A DNA stretch of 64,000 nt from an uncultured Planctomycetaceae bacterium (lineage in GTDB: Bacteria > Planctomycetota > Planctomycetia > Isosphaerales > Isosphaeraceae): contig CAWIAD010000002.1 in the NCBI GenBank assembly GCA_963833985.1, positions 1,728,001 to 1,792,000 on the forward strand, in the 5' to 3' direction. The translations under genes and the position numbers were made by a program. The notes beneath the pieces were generated by a model that saw only the letters and a list, made by a program, of their open reading frames with translations, did not search any database and was not told the DNA's origin. Shown here piece after piece: positions 31,918 to 42,200 of the stretch (positions are counted from its first letter, which is position 1; every line of letters starts with the position of its first letter).

Positions 31918-33927
31918 TCATTGTCGTGCCATGACGACGTGCGGCCGCGGCTCGACGTTTCCGGCCGCGTCCACGGCGAATGCGGTGATCTCGGAGGCAG
32001 CAGCGCCGCGATCGTCGAGCGTGATTTCCCATTCCAGGAAATCCGTCGCCAGGGGCCGTGCTTCGCGGCCGTTGACGACGACACGCGCGACGCGGCCGTT
32101 GTCCACGGTGGTCCCCCGGACCAGCACGCGCCCGTCGGCCGACTTGCCCACCGACGTGATGATCGTGCACGGCGGACGGTCATCGATTCCCACGGGCAGA
32201 GGCGTGTCCTGCCCCGGCGCGGCGGTTGGCCCCGTCAAGAGGAAGCTCGGTTGATTGACGCCCCGGCCGGTCATCCGCCCGTAGGGCCGCACCTGCGGAT
32301 CGCGTCGAGGCATGAAGATGGCGTACTTGGCGTTCCGGACGTCGATGCCGTCGAGCACGATGGACGGCGCCCCCGGCTGAAATGCCCAGAGCGATTCCCA
32401 GATCTTCAGGTCTCGAATCAGGAACGGGTGGCGCTCATCCGGCCCGACGCCGCCGGCGCCTTCGCCCATGTTCATGCCGCCGAGTTGCGCGTGGGCCTCG
32501 TTCCCCTCGAACCTCAAGAACGGTAAGGTGCGGATATCCACAGGCTCGGTCCGTCCGTCCGCCAGCAGCACGGGCCGCAGCAGAGTGCCCGAGGAATCCG
32601 CAACCGCCTCGTAGCGATAGCCGTAGCGATCGCATTCCACCGCGACATTGCGCGTGAAGCTGTTCAGGCTGTTGGCCCACCAGAACCCCGCTCCCTCGTT
32701 GCGATCGAACTCCAGGAACTGGCCGGGCAAAGGCTTGCCGGCGAAGGCCTGGACCGCCAGGTTGCGATCGAGAATGTTGCGGGTCTCGCTGCCATCCTCC
32801 AGGTAGAAGCCATGGCCGACCGAGCGGTAACCGACGCAGTCCCGGACCAGCAGATCATTCGTGCCGTGGATGGTGATCCAGCGGTTGCCGCTGTCCCAGA
32901 TCGACGCACCGACGACCGAGCTGCCGCGCATCGTCTCGCCAACCTGGTGGAAATGCAGGCTGTATTTGCCCAGCACGCCCTCCTTGCCCAGATGCCGGAA
33001 TTCGGCGTACGAAATGGAACCGGCGGAGCCGCGGTGATACATCGTGTGGCCGCGCCCGCGTGCAGGGTCGGCCGATTCGACCACGACGTTGCGTGTCAGG
33101 TTGGCCACCTCGGCGCGGCCGTCGGACGATGCTTCATGAGCCAGGCCGAGCGGGAGATCGAGCTCGAGCCTGCGGTCAGCCACGACCTTGACGATCCGCT
33201 CCTCGGTGAACGAACTCCTGCCGCCCGCGACGCCGGCGCGCAGCGTGCCGCGCTCGCGGCCGTTGTTGTGCGTCTTTGTGGCCGTGATGATCACTCGATC
33301 GCCGGGTTGCCATCCGCGTACGGGTTCGGCCAGCACGACGGCACGGTCTCCGGGCCGGGCGGGCGCTCCCAGCTTGACCCAGGTTCGGTTCATGGGCGTC
33401 CGTGCAATTCCATGCGTCCGCCGCAGCAAACGATCGCCGGGCAGGTGTCGCGATCCATACCCTCCAGCGGCACCAGCCGGATCAGAGCGCGGCAGCCGGC
33501 GCACGGGCTGCTCGGCGGTGCCCACCAGAAGTGACGGCCTCGGACCGGCAGCCACCGGGCGCATCAGGTGAGCCGTGCAATCAAACCCGTCCGCGCTGAG
33601 CTTTTCCCCGGCCTCGATCCGGATCAGTCCCGCGCACAGCTCCGTGTCGCGGTCGGGCGCGAACGCAAGGGTGCCGGCGATGTGAATGGAACGGATCGCC
33701 TGGTTCGAGACCAGGTCGTAACGAACCGTGTGCCCGGCGCGGATGAGCACCACGGCTCCCGCGCCCGGGACCTTCCCTTTTTCCCAGGTTGCGGGCTCGG
33801 ACCAGGAGCCGGTGCGGGCGGACCGCAGAGGCGCTGGCTGGCCCGGGGGTTCCCCGGCAAGTGCGCAGGCCGTGCCGGCGAGAACGACGAACAATGCGAT
33901 GGCTGGCATGGTGCTGAACAACCTCAC
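31918..33927 (-). CDS. G8-domain plus right-handed beta-helix secreted protein, with two compensating frameshifts near 33400-33500
   Basis: GSWSEPATW..VPGAG..VLI G8 start; AEVANLTRNV, LGKYSLHFH and GHGFYLEDG; the expected CPAIVCCGGRMELHG segment lies in an alternative frame. Confidence 0.85.
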   Translation of the reverse strand: MRLFSTMPAIALFVVLAGTACALAGEPPGQPAPLRSARTGSWSEPATWEKGKVPGAGAVVLIRAGHTVRYDLVSNQAIRSIHIAGTLAFAPDRDTELCAGLIRIEAGEKLSADGFDCTAHLMRPVAAGPRPSLLVGTAEQPVRRLPRSDPAGAAGGYGSRHLPGDRLLRRTHGIARTPMNRTWVKLGAPARPGDRAVVLAEPVRGWQPGDRVIITATKTHNNGRERGTLRAGVAGGRSSFTEERIVKVVADRRLELDLPLGLAHEASSDGRAEVANLTRNVVVESADPARGRGHTMYHRGSAGSISYAEFRHLGKEGVLGKYSLHFHQVGETMRGSSVVGASIWDSGNRWITIHGTNDLLVRDCVGYRSVGHGFYLEDGSETRNILDRNLAVQAFAGKPLPGQFLEFDRNEGAGFWWANSLNSFTRNVAVECDRYGYRYEAVADSSGTLLRPVLLADGRTEPVDIRTLPFLRFEGNEAHAQLGGMNMGEGAGGVGPDERHPFLIRDLKIWESLWAFQPGAPSIVLDGIDVRNAKYAIFMPRRDPQVRPYGRMTGRGVNQPSFLLTGPTAAPGQDTPLPVGIDDRPPCTIITSVGKSADGRVLVRGTTVDNGRVARVVVNGREARPLATDFLEWEITLDDRGAAASEITAFAVDAAGNVEPRPHVVMARQ

Positions 33928-34256
33928 CGGCGCTGCGTTCCGGTACCCCGCTCATGGAGAGACGTTCACGCGGACAGGAGGATATGATGATCGCCTCTGC
34001 CGGTTTTATCCACCCTGCTTCCGACCGCGATTCGTGGCCATGTCCGGAGGACCGTTTGCGGCTTCGGAACACCCGCGAAGGCCCGGGAGTTCCCGGGGCC
34101 GCCGAGGCGACGCTCGACCCATGGCCAAGCGTGACGCGACTGGGTTATGCTGGGAGTCGAGTTTCGATCTGCCAGAGAGCGATCCACCCGTGACTGACAC
34201 GAAGGGGACCCGCGCGGAGCCGATTCATACCGGACCATTTGGGGCGAGGGAACGAC

Positions 34257-34655
34257 GTGGAAGCGACCATCGTGGTGGCCGAGGATGATGCCGAACTGCG
34301 CGGTCTTTACGCTCGCCTCCTCCGTCAGGCCGGCCACAAGGTCTGGGAAGCAGCCGATGGTGCCGAGGCACTGGCGGCCGTGGATTCGTACCGGCCGGAC
34401 CTGCTGCTGCTGGATATCTGGATGCCCATACTGAACGGGCTGGAAGTCCTGGAACGCCTGCGCTGCGCCCCGCCCAGCGTGAGTCTCAAGGTGGTTGTGC
34501 TCTCGCACCAGGGAGACTCCGACACACGGCTGGAAGGGTTCGCACTGGGTGTCGCGGATTACTGGACCAAGGATCTGTCGCTCGCCGAGCTGAGCGACCG
34601 GATCGAATCGCTGCTGCGGACGCCTCCCGCGGCCGGCTGCGTCTCCAACGATTGA
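34257..34655 (+). CDS. Single-domain response regulator (CheY-like)
   Basis: VAEDD, LLLDIWMPILNG and DYWTK. Confidence 0.92.
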   Translation: MEATIVVAEDDAELRGLYARLLRQAGHKVWEAADGAEALAAVDSYRPDLLLLDIWMPILNGLEVLERLRCAPPSVSLKVVVLSHQGDSDTRLEGFALGVADYWTKDLSLAELSDRIESLLRTPPAAGCVSND

Positions 34656-34758
34656 AGGAATTCGCCCTGTTCGCGGGCCGAGAACGCAACTGGCGGGAGT
34701 GCCCCCGGACGCCAGGACGGGTCATCGCCCGGGGGAGAGCGGGAGCTGCCTGACTGAC

Positions 34759-36156
34759 ATGCCGACGGAATACCAGGATCGCCTCGACTTTCTGTATGGC
34801 CGGCTGAACTACGAATGGGTGGGGATGCCGCGAATTCCCAGCGAGCTGCGGCTCGGGCGGATGCGCCGGCTGATGCGGAATCTGGGAGATCCTCACCTCG
34901 GCTTGCGTGTCATTCACATCGCCGGCACCAAGGGGAAAGGCTCGACGGCCGCGATGATGGCCGCGGCGTTGTCCGCCGCCGGCTTCCGCGCCGGCCTCTA
35001 CAGCTCGCCCCACCTGCACCAGCTGGAAGAGCGGTTCAGCGTGGACGGACGCCCTGCCTCGCCGGGCGAGCTGGTCAGCCTTGTGGACGAGGTACGGCCC
35101 GCCGTCGAGAAGCTGGAAATGGACGACCCGCACCTGGTGAACCACCGGGGCGCGACGTTCTTCGAGATCACCACGGCCATGGGACTGCTGCACTTCGCCC
35201 GCCGCCAGGTGGATGTCGTGGTCCTGGAGGTGGGCCTGGGGGGGCGGCTGGACTCGACCAACGTGGTTCACCCGACCATCGCCATCATCACCAGCATCGC
35301 CTTTGACCACGTCCGTCAGCTCGGCAACTCACTGGGTGCGATCGCCACCGAAAAAGCCGGCATCCTCAAGCGGTCGCGGCCGGCGGTCAGCGGCGTGACC
35401 GAGCCAGAACCGCGGCAGGCGATCGCCCGTGTGGCGACACGGCGGCGCTGCCGGGTTCGCGAGCTCGGCCCCGATTTTCAGTACCAGGCCACATTGCCGA
35501 CTCAGCCGCTTTCCGTGCCAACGCCCGCCAGCGTCGAGGTCAGCACCTGGCGATCGAACTGGGGGAGCATCGAGCTGCCCTTGCTGGGGGCTCACCAGGC
35601 GCGGAACGCGGCCGTCGCGCTGGCCGGGCTGGACCTGCTGGCCGAAGTGGAGCCTGCGCTCCAGGTCGATCGCGCGGCGGTCCTCCGCGGCTTCGCCGGC
35701 CTGCGCTGGCCTGCCCGGGTGGAGGTGCTCGGAGAATCGCCCTGGATGATCATTGACGGTGCTCATAACGTGGCCTCGGCCCAGGCACTGGCCGACACGC
35801 TGGTGAGCTGTTTCCCGGCGCTGCCGCGAACGCTCATCTTCGGCACGACGCGTGACAAGGACCTTCAGGGTCAGCTCCGCCTGCTACTTCCCCTGTTCGA
35901 CACCCTGATTGCGACCCGCTACGTGGAAAACCCGCGCGCGGTGGCCCCCGAAGACATTGCCCTGGCGATCGCCGCCGTGGATGGACGGACCGCGCGCGTC
36001 ACCCAGAGTCCCGCCGAAGCTCTGGAGCTGGCGCTGCGCTCCAGCAGTGCCTCGTCCCTGGTCTGCGTGACTGGCTCGCTCTTTCTGGCCGCGGAAGCCC
36101 GGGCCATCGTGCTTGGCCTTGCCTCGCCACAGCCATTCCGCGGAGTCGTGATCTGA
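34759..36156 (+). CDS. folC: Folylpolyglutamate synthase/dihydrofolate synthase
   Basis: HIAGTKGKGST, SPHL, EVGLGGRLDSTN, EKAGI, WPAR, DGAHN and GSLFL. Confidence 0.96.
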   Translation: MPTEYQDRLDFLYGRLNYEWVGMPRIPSELRLGRMRRLMRNLGDPHLGLRVIHIAGTKGKGSTAAMMAAALSAAGFRAGLYSSPHLHQLEERFSVDGRPASPGELVSLVDEVRPAVEKLEMDDPHLVNHRGATFFEITTAMGLLHFARRQVDVVVLEVGLGGRLDSTNVVHPTIAIITSIAFDHVRQLGNSLGAIATEKAGILKRSRPAVSGVTEPEPRQAIARVATRRRCRVRELGPDFQYQATLPTQPLSVPTPASVEVSTWRSNWGSIELPLLGAHQARNAAVALAGLDLLAEVEPALQVDRAAVLRGFAGLRWPARVEVLGESPWMIIDGAHNVASAQALADTLVSCFPALPRTLIFGTTRDKDLQGQLRLLLPLFDTLIATRYVENPRAVAPEDIALAIAAVDGRTARVTQSPAEALELALRSSSASSLVCVTGSLFLAAEARAIVLGLASPQPFRGVVI

Positions 36157-36224
36157 GTGCACCGCCCCGTGTGCGGGAGGGACCCCGGCAGCCGGCTGCC
36201 GGACAACCGATGGGAGAGAGGGTC

Positions 36225-36608
36225 ATGAGAGACGGTTTCTGGTTCCAGATCGGCTCGGTCTGGGGCTTCCTGGCCGTGGCCATGGGAGCCTTCGGTGCAC
36301 ACGGCCTGAAGGAACGGCTCACGGAGCTGGGACAGGCCGCGACGTTCCAGACCGGCGCGAACTATCACATGTACTGTGCCCTGGCTTTGCTGGCGCTGGG
36401 GCTCCTGGTGATGACGGGCCGGAACGGCACGGCCGCGAGCATTGCCGGCTGGTCGCTGCTGGCCGGTTCGATCATCTTCTCGGGAACGCTGTACCTGCTG
36501 GCCGTGACGGGAATCAGGTGGCTGGGGGCGATCACGCCGATCGGCGGCGTCGCCATGCTTGTGGGCTGGGCCGCCCTGGCGGTGGCCGCCGGGAACAGCG
36601 GGCGGTAG
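36225..36608 (+). CDS. DUF423 (YgdD-like) membrane protein
   Basis: GAFGAHGL, FSGTLY and LGAITPIGG. Confidence 0.93.
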   Translation: MRDGFWFQIGSVWGFLAVAMGAFGAHGLKERLTELGQAATFQTGANYHMYCALALLALGLLVMTGRNGTAASIAGWSLLAGSIIFSGTLYLLAVTGIRWLGAITPIGGVAMLVGWAALAVAAGNSGR

Positions 36609-36654
36609 TCATGAGCTTGCAAGCGGCCCTTCCTGCTCCATCGAGGTATTCCGC

Positions 36655-37254
36655 ATGAGCCAGTACATCATCTCCGTGACGGCGGCTGACCGCGTCGGGA
36701 TCGTCTACTCGGTCACCGGGGCGCTTCTGGATCTGGGCGGGAACATCCTCGAGCTCAGCCAGACGGTGATGCGTGGGTATTTCACGATCATTCTGGAGGT
36801 TGAGTTCCCCGTGCCGCACTCGGCGCGGGAGCTCGCCGGGACGATCCTGGATCGAGGCAAGCGGTTCGACCCCCAGGTACTGGTGACCGAGGTCGCCAGC
36901 GCCAGCGAGCCGCAGGCGGGGTCGGCGGGGGAGCGATTCATCCTCACCGTGCTGGGCGACGACGCTCCGGGAATCATCCACGGGATCGCCGGCTGTCTCG
37001 CCGCGCACGGTGTCAACATCGTTGACCTGCACGCGCGACTGGAAGCCGCGCGGTTCTCGATGGTGATGGAGGCGATGATTCCGCAGGACCTGACCCCCGA
37101 GACCATCCGCTCCGAGCTCGAGCGGTTCGGCAGGGCGCAGAAGGTGGAGGCCTACGTCCAGCACGAGAACATTTTCCTGGCGACCACAGAACCGCGCCCC
37201 GTGCGCGTGGGCCCGGCCGCCAGAGCCCAAGGAGACGCCCTTGCACCGCACTGA
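36655..37254 (+). CDS. Double ACT-domain protein (GcvR-like)
   Basis: DRVGIV..NILELSQTV and DAPGII..NIVDL; QHENIF. Confidence 0.88.
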   Translation: MSQYIISVTAADRVGIVYSVTGALLDLGGNILELSQTVMRGYFTIILEVEFPVPHSARELAGTILDRGKRFDPQVLVTEVASASEPQAGSAGERFILTVLGDDAPGIIHGIAGCLAAHGVNIVDLHARLEAARFSMVMEAMIPQDLTPETIRSELERFGRAQKVEAYVQHENIFLATTEPRPVRVGPAARAQGDALAPH

Positions 37255-38617
37255 AGACGTCCTGGCCACGCTCAGCATGATCCGCCAGTACAAGCTGGAT
37301 GTCCGCACGGTGACGATGGGCATCGACCTTCAGCCCTGTGCCGCGCCCGATCTTTCGACTCTGTGCGAACGGATTCGCGACCGCCTGGTGCATTACTCCG
37401 GCCGGCTTCGCGCGGTCTGCCGCGAGGTTGAGAGCCGCTACGGCATCCCCATCGTGAACCGCCGGATCGCGGTCAGCCCGATCGGCTGGGTGGCCGCCGG
37501 CCAGAAGTCGGAAGGATTGGTGGCCATCGCCCACACGCTCGACGCCGTGGCCGCCGAGGTGGGCGTCGACCTGGTCGGCGGCTTTTCCGCGCTGGTGCAG
37601 AAAGGGTGGACCGAGGCGGAACGCCGTCTCATCATCGCCCTGCCCGAGGTCCTCTCGACCACCCAGCGCGTCTGCGCGTCGGTGAACGTGGGCACCACAG
37701 CGGCCGGAATGAACATGGATGCCATTCTTGCTCTCGGACACGTGCTCAAGGAAACGGCCGAGCGTACGCGCGACCACGACGGCTTCGGATGCGCGAAGCT
37801 GGTGATCTTTGCCAACGCGCCGAGCGACAACCCGTTCATGGCCGGCGCGTTCCACGGACCGGGTGAGCCTGACTGCGTGATCAACATTGGCGTGAGCGGA
37901 CCCGGTGTCGTGAAGGCGGCCGTCGAGGACCTGATCGCTCATGCGCCCACGCGGCCCACGCTGGGCGAGATCGCCGAGGAGATCAAGAGCACGGCGTTCC
38001 GCGTGACGCGGGTGGGTGAGCTGATCGGCCGCGAGGTCGCCGCGCGCCTGGGCGTCCCGTTCGGCATCGTGGACCTGTCGCTGGCTCCCACGCCGCAGGT
38101 GGGCGATAGCGTGGGCGAGATCCTCCAGGCCATGGGCGTGGTCCGGATTGGCGCACCGGGATCAACCGCGGCGCTGGCGTTGCTGAACGACGCCGTGAAG
38201 AAGGGCGGGTCGTTCGCCTCGTCGAGCGTGGGCGGGCTTTCGGGGGCGTTTGTGGCCGTCAGCGAGGATGCCGCGCTGGCACGCGCGGTGGAAGTCGGCG
38301 ACCTCACGCTCGCCAAGCTCGAGGCCATGACCGCCGTCTGCTCGGTGGGCCTGGACATGATTGCCGTTCCGGGCGACACCGACGCGGAGACGCTGGCCGC
38401 TCTCATTGCCGACGAGGTGGCCATCGGCGTGATCAACCACAAGACGACGGCGGTGCGGGTGATCCCCGTTCCCGGCAAGGCGGCCGGCGAGCGCGCGGTC
38501 TTCGGCGGCCTGTTCGGCGAGACGGCCATCCTGCCGGTCCATGCCGCGGGCGGTTCGACCCTCTTCGTCCGCCACGGCGGACGCATCCCCGCGCCCCTGT
38601 CAAGCCTGCGCAATTAA
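37241..38617 (+). CDS. PFL-like DUF711/UPF0210 protein
   Basis: LDVRTVTMGI, DNPFMAGAFHG, DLSLAPT, CSVGLDM and GRIPAPL. Confidence 0.93.
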   Translation: MHRTEDVLATLSMIRQYKLDVRTVTMGIDLQPCAAPDLSTLCERIRDRLVHYSGRLRAVCREVESRYGIPIVNRRIAVSPIGWVAAGQKSEGLVAIAHTLDAVAAEVGVDLVGGFSALVQKGWTEAERRLIIALPEVLSTTQRVCASVNVGTTAAGMNMDAILALGHVLKETAERTRDHDGFGCAKLVIFANAPSDNPFMAGAFHGPGEPDCVINIGVSGPGVVKAAVEDLIAHAPTRPTLGEIAEEIKSTAFRVTRVGELIGREVAARLGVPFGIVDLSLAPTPQVGDSVGEILQAMGVVRIGAPGSTAALALLNDAVKKGGSFASSSVGGLSGAFVAVSEDAALARAVEVGDLTLAKLEAMTAVCSVGLDMIAVPGDTDAETLAALIADEVAIGVINHKTTAVRVIPVPGKAAGERAVFGGLFGETAILPVHAAGGSTLFVRHGGRIPAPLSSLRN

Positions 38618-38635
38618 AAAAATCCGAAAAACCTT

Positions 38636-38674
38636 TTGGCGGAAAAGCCGAGGCTCGGTACACTTTCCGCCAAT
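38636..38674. terminator. Hairpin after the folC-DUF711 operon
   Basis: TTGGCGGAAA/TTTCCGCCAA perfect 10-bp inverted repeat; no downstream U-tract on the + strand. Confidence 0.4.
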
Positions 38675-38738
38675 CGGTTCGATCGCATCGGATGCACTTG
38701 CTCGGATAGCACCCCAGGCATCAGCGGAGGATGGAGTC

Positions 38739-39614
38739 ATGATGACGCCCGCACGGATCGTGCGTACGATCGGTATTGCGGCCCTGATCGGCTGGATGGG
38801 CATGGTCGGCTGGGTTGCCAAGACCACCATGGCACAGAACGGCGGCCAGAGCCCCGCGCCACTGCCTCCTGTCGCGAGTGTGGATCCCGCACCGGTGGCA
38901 CCTCAGGCAGATGTCAAACCGCAGCGATTGCCGGGGGATGCTCTGCTGGATGCCCCAGGCGCCGGCTCGGCGGGGAAGGCCGCACGTCCGGCTGACGCCA
39001 CTTCCAGCCCGCCTTTACCAATGCCCGTCGCCGCGAAGACCGGCGAGCCGCCGGCCATTGCGCCGGCCCTGGCCGACGCTCCCGCCGCCGCTTCGGCCGT
39101 GAGTGTGCCCTCGGCGCCACTTGCCGCCGCTTCGGGCCTGACTGTACCCTCGCCGCTCCCTGCCGCTCCCGCCGAGAGCCAGTCCGCCCCACCCAGCGAC
39201 GACCCCGAGCAGGCCGCACGGACTTTCGTGGAGCGGAACCAGAGGGAAGCCGAGGAGCACCTGAAGGCCCTCACCGACGAGGCCCAGCAGCTTCGCGCCC
39301 GCCTGGCCAAACTCGAGTCGGGCATCAAGAAGTGGCAAGCCCTGGTCACGGCGCTGAAGGGTTCCCAGGCCCAGTCCGTGAACTCGGCGGCCATCACGCC
39401 CGGGGCCGAAGATGCCGGGGACCTGGAGCCGATCAGGCCGGCAGGCCCCGGCGGTATGCACTCGGACAAGCGCGTCAAGTGGGCCAGTGCATCGGCGGCG
39501 ACCGCGGCCGCGGACATGGCCCCAGCCGCTCAGCCGCAGCCGGTGGCGAACCCGGAACCAGCCGTCCAGGTTCCCGTGGTGCAGCCGGCGCAGGTCTTGC
39601 CCGGACCACGCTGA
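38739..39614 (+). CDS. Secreted or anchored Pro/Ala-rich coiled-coil hypothetical protein
   Basis: N-terminal hydrophobic segment, Pro/Ala-rich linker, heptad region. Confidence 0.75.
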   Translation: MMTPARIVRTIGIAALIGWMGMVGWVAKTTMAQNGGQSPAPLPPVASVDPAPVAPQADVKPQRLPGDALLDAPGAGSAGKAARPADATSSPPLPMPVAAKTGEPPAIAPALADAPAAASAVSVPSAPLAAASGLTVPSPLPAAPAESQSAPPSDDPEQAARTFVERNQREAEEHLKALTDEAQQLRARLAKLESGIKKWQALVTALKGSQAQSVNSAAITPGAEDAGDLEPIRPAGPGGMHSDKRVKWASASAATAAADMAPAAQPQPVANPEPAVQVPVVQPAQVLPGPR

Positions 39615-39645
39615 GAAGAACCGAAGTGCGGGCGTCGGGCTCGTT

Positions 39646-40404
39646 TCAGGCCGCAAGCACTTCCGAGAGCAAGGCTCGGGTGGCCTCCTGGCTCGGTTCC
39701 TCGAAGATCTGACCGGGCGGGCCGGATTCAATGATCTTGCCCTCGCCGAAGACGTGCACGGTGTGCGCGACGCGCCGGGCGAACTGCATGGCGTGCGTCA
39801 CAATCACCATGGTCAATCCGTCCCCGGCCAGGTCGGTCATCACTTCCAGGACCTGGCCGGTCATCCGTGGGTCGAGGGCGCTGGTCGGCTCGTCAAAGAG
39901 CATCACCTTCGGCTCCATGGCCAGCGCCCGGGCGATCGCCACCCGCTGTTGCTGGCCGCCGGAAAGCTCGCGCGGCCGCGCCTCTTGCTTGTCGATCATG
40001 CCCACTCGCGCGAGCAGCCGGCGCGCCCGCTCCATCGCCTCGTCGCCGCCCAGGCCCAGCACGTGCACAGGGCCTTCCATCACGTTCTCCAGCACGGTCC
40101 GGTGCGGGAACAGGTTGAAGGCCTGGAAGACCATGCCGACACGCCGGCAGACCTGGCCGAAAGTCCTGGTCCGCTCGCCCTGGCCATCGCTGGCGGAGAC
40201 GTGCAGTCCGTCGATGCTCAGGGAGCCGGACTGGAACGTCTCCAGTCCGTTCAGGCAGCGCAGGAACGTGCTCTTACCGCTTCCCGACGGTCCGATGATC
40301 GCCGCCACCTCGCCGCTCCGGACCGTCAAGCTCACGCCCTTCAAGATCTCGGCCGAACCGTACCACTTCCCCAGGCTGCTCACCTCGATCATGCTCGTGC
40401 TCAT
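39646..40404 (-). CDS. Polar amino acid ABC transporter ATP-binding protein (GlnQ-like)
   Basis: GPSGSGKST, LSGGQQQRVAIARAL and FDEPTSALD. Confidence 0.96.
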   Translation of the reverse strand: MSTSMIEVSSLGKWYGSAEILKGVSLTVRSGEVAAIIGPSGSGKSTFLRCLNGLETFQSGSLSIDGLHVSASDGQGERTRTFGQVCRRVGMVFQAFNLFPHRTVLENVMEGPVHVLGLGGDEAMERARRLLARVGMIDKQEARPRELSGGQQQRVAIARALAMEPKVMLFDEPTSALDPRMTGQVLEVMTDLAGDGLTMVIVTHAMQFARRVAHTVHVFGEGKIIESGPPGQIFEEPSQEATRALLSEVLAA

Positions 40405-42110
40405 TGCGAAGCCCCTCCATTCGCGGCGGATCCGCTCATTCGTTGTTCTGACCACCGAGAGAACCAGGACAGTGGCAAGCTCATCATCAGGTAGAGCACC
40501 GAAGCCGCCAGTGCGAACTCGACGGCTCCTCCGGTGCTGTTGCCAAGAATCGAGTACTCCTTGGTGAGCTCGATGAGGGTGATCACCGAGCAGACCGACG
40601 TGTCCTTGAACAGGGCGATGAAGTCGTTGGTGACGGGCGGGATCACGATCCGCACGGCCTGGGGAATGATGACCCGCCGCAAGGCCTGCCAGCGTGACAT
40701 CCCCAGCGCGAGTGCGGCCTCCATCTGCCCGCGCGGAATCGCCTCCAGTCCGGCCCGGTAGATCTCGGCCTCGTAGGCGGAATAATTGATCGCCAGGCCG
40801 CCGATGCCTGCCACCCAGGGAGGCAGCTTGAGCAGGAAGAAGAGCACGAAGAGCTGGAGCATGAGCGGCGTGCCGCGGATCAGCTCGATATATCCCGAGA
40901 GGAGCACCCGCAAGGGCCCCGGTCCATGCAGCCGGCCGACCGCGATCATGAGCCCCAGCAGCATGGCCAGCGGCATGGAAGAGACCGCCAGGATGATGGT
41001 CACCCCGGCCGCTTCCAGCAGGCGCGAGGCGTACCGGTTGACCAGGGGCCAGCCGCGTTCGTCCGTCTCGCCGGAGATGACCGCCAGCGGTCCCGTGAAG
41101 CTCTCCAGCTCGCGCTGGGCCTCGGTCCAGATGCCGTACTTCTCGTACAGCCGGCGCAGGAAACCACTCGCGATGAGCCTGCCCAGGGAGGCGTCGAGCG
41201 CGTCGCGCAGCTCCTCGTTTCCAGCCCGGGCGTAGATCACGTAATAGCCGTGAGACACCGGCGCGCCCGCCTGCTCCAGCCCGGGGTATCGACCGCCATA
41301 GAACCGTGCCGCGGGAAGGTCTTGCAGGGTCGCGTCATACTGCCCGTTCTGAACGGCGGTCATGGCGTCGGTGGCGCCGCTGAACTGGACGGCGTGGACG
41401 TTGCCATTGCCCGCACCGGCGATGAATGCGTCGGCCGACGAACCAGCCAGCACGCCCACGGTCCAGCGTCCTCCGCCGGGACGGGCCTGCTTCAGGTCGT
41501 CCCAGGAGCGAAGCTTGCTGCCGCGTGGCACCATGAGCTGCAACTGGTAGACGTAGTAAGGGCGGGTCGCCAGGTAATCCCGGGCCCTCGGCTCGGTCCA
41601 CTCGTAGCCGTTCAGGACGATGTCGCTCTGGCCCAGGTCGAGCAGCCGCAAGAGCATGTCCCACTGGCCCTGGCGGAACTCGGGCCGCACGCCCAGGTCC
41701 TGCGCCAGCATGCCCATGAGCTCGACCTCGAAGCCGGTGACGTCGCGCGGCGATTCCGGGTTCGGGTACGCGTACGGTCCTCCGCCCTCCATGTCGCTGC
41801 CGTAGCGGAGCTTCTGCGAAGTGCGCACGCGATCCAGCCCGGCGTCGCCAGCCAGTGCGCAGTACGGCACGGCCAGCAGCACAAGGCCGGTCAGAAGCAG
41901 GCAGAGAGTGGTGCGGCATCCCGGTGGCCGACCAGTCAGTCGGGTGGCGAAGCAGACCGAGGTTCGGTCCAGCAGACGTGAGACAGGCCGGAGAGGCCAG
42001 GGGGAAGCGGAATGAGCCGTCAGGGGCTCGCGACTCGGTTGAGGGTTCGGGTCGGAAGGGTCAGAGGACGATGCATCGGATTCCGATGCGCCAGGGTCTT
42101 CTTCCATCAA
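40401..42110 (-). CDS. Fused amino acid ABC substrate-binding protein/permease (true start may be further downstream)
   Basis: SBP family 3-like N-half (GFEVEL); RGTPLMLQL, AYEAEIYRAG and FKDTS permease motifs. Confidence 0.92.
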   Translation of the reverse strand: MMEEDPGASESDASSSDPSDPNPQPSREPLTAHSASPWPLRPVSRLLDRTSVCFATRLTGRPPGCRTTLCLLLTGLVLLAVPYCALAGDAGLDRVRTSQKLRYGSDMEGGGPYAYPNPESPRDVTGFEVELMGMLAQDLGVRPEFRQGQWDMLLRLLDLGQSDIVLNGYEWTEPRARDYLATRPYYVYQLQLMVPRGSKLRSWDDLKQARPGGGRWTVGVLAGSSADAFIAGAGNGNVHAVQFSGATDAMTAVQNGQYDATLQDLPAARFYGGRYPGLEQAGAPVSHGYYVIYARAGNEELRDALDASLGRLIASGFLRRLYEKYGIWTEAQRELESFTGPLAVISGETDERGWPLVNRYASRLLEAAGVTIILAVSSMPLAMLLGLMIAVGRLHGPGPLRVLLSGYIELIRGTPLMLQLFVLFFLLKLPPWVAGIGGLAINYSAYEAEIYRAGLEAIPRGQMEAALALGMSRWQALRRVIIPQAVRIVIPPVTNDFIALFKDTSVCSVITLIELTKEYSILGNSTGGAVEFALAASVLYLMMSLPLSWFSRWSEQRMSGSAANGGASQ

Positions 42111-42200
42111 GATACCTCTTTCGCCCCGCGGGCGCAGGATGTCCAGACGGATGGAATTCGATGGAGCCGGAGATAATCATTGGATCCGAGCGGACCGGAT

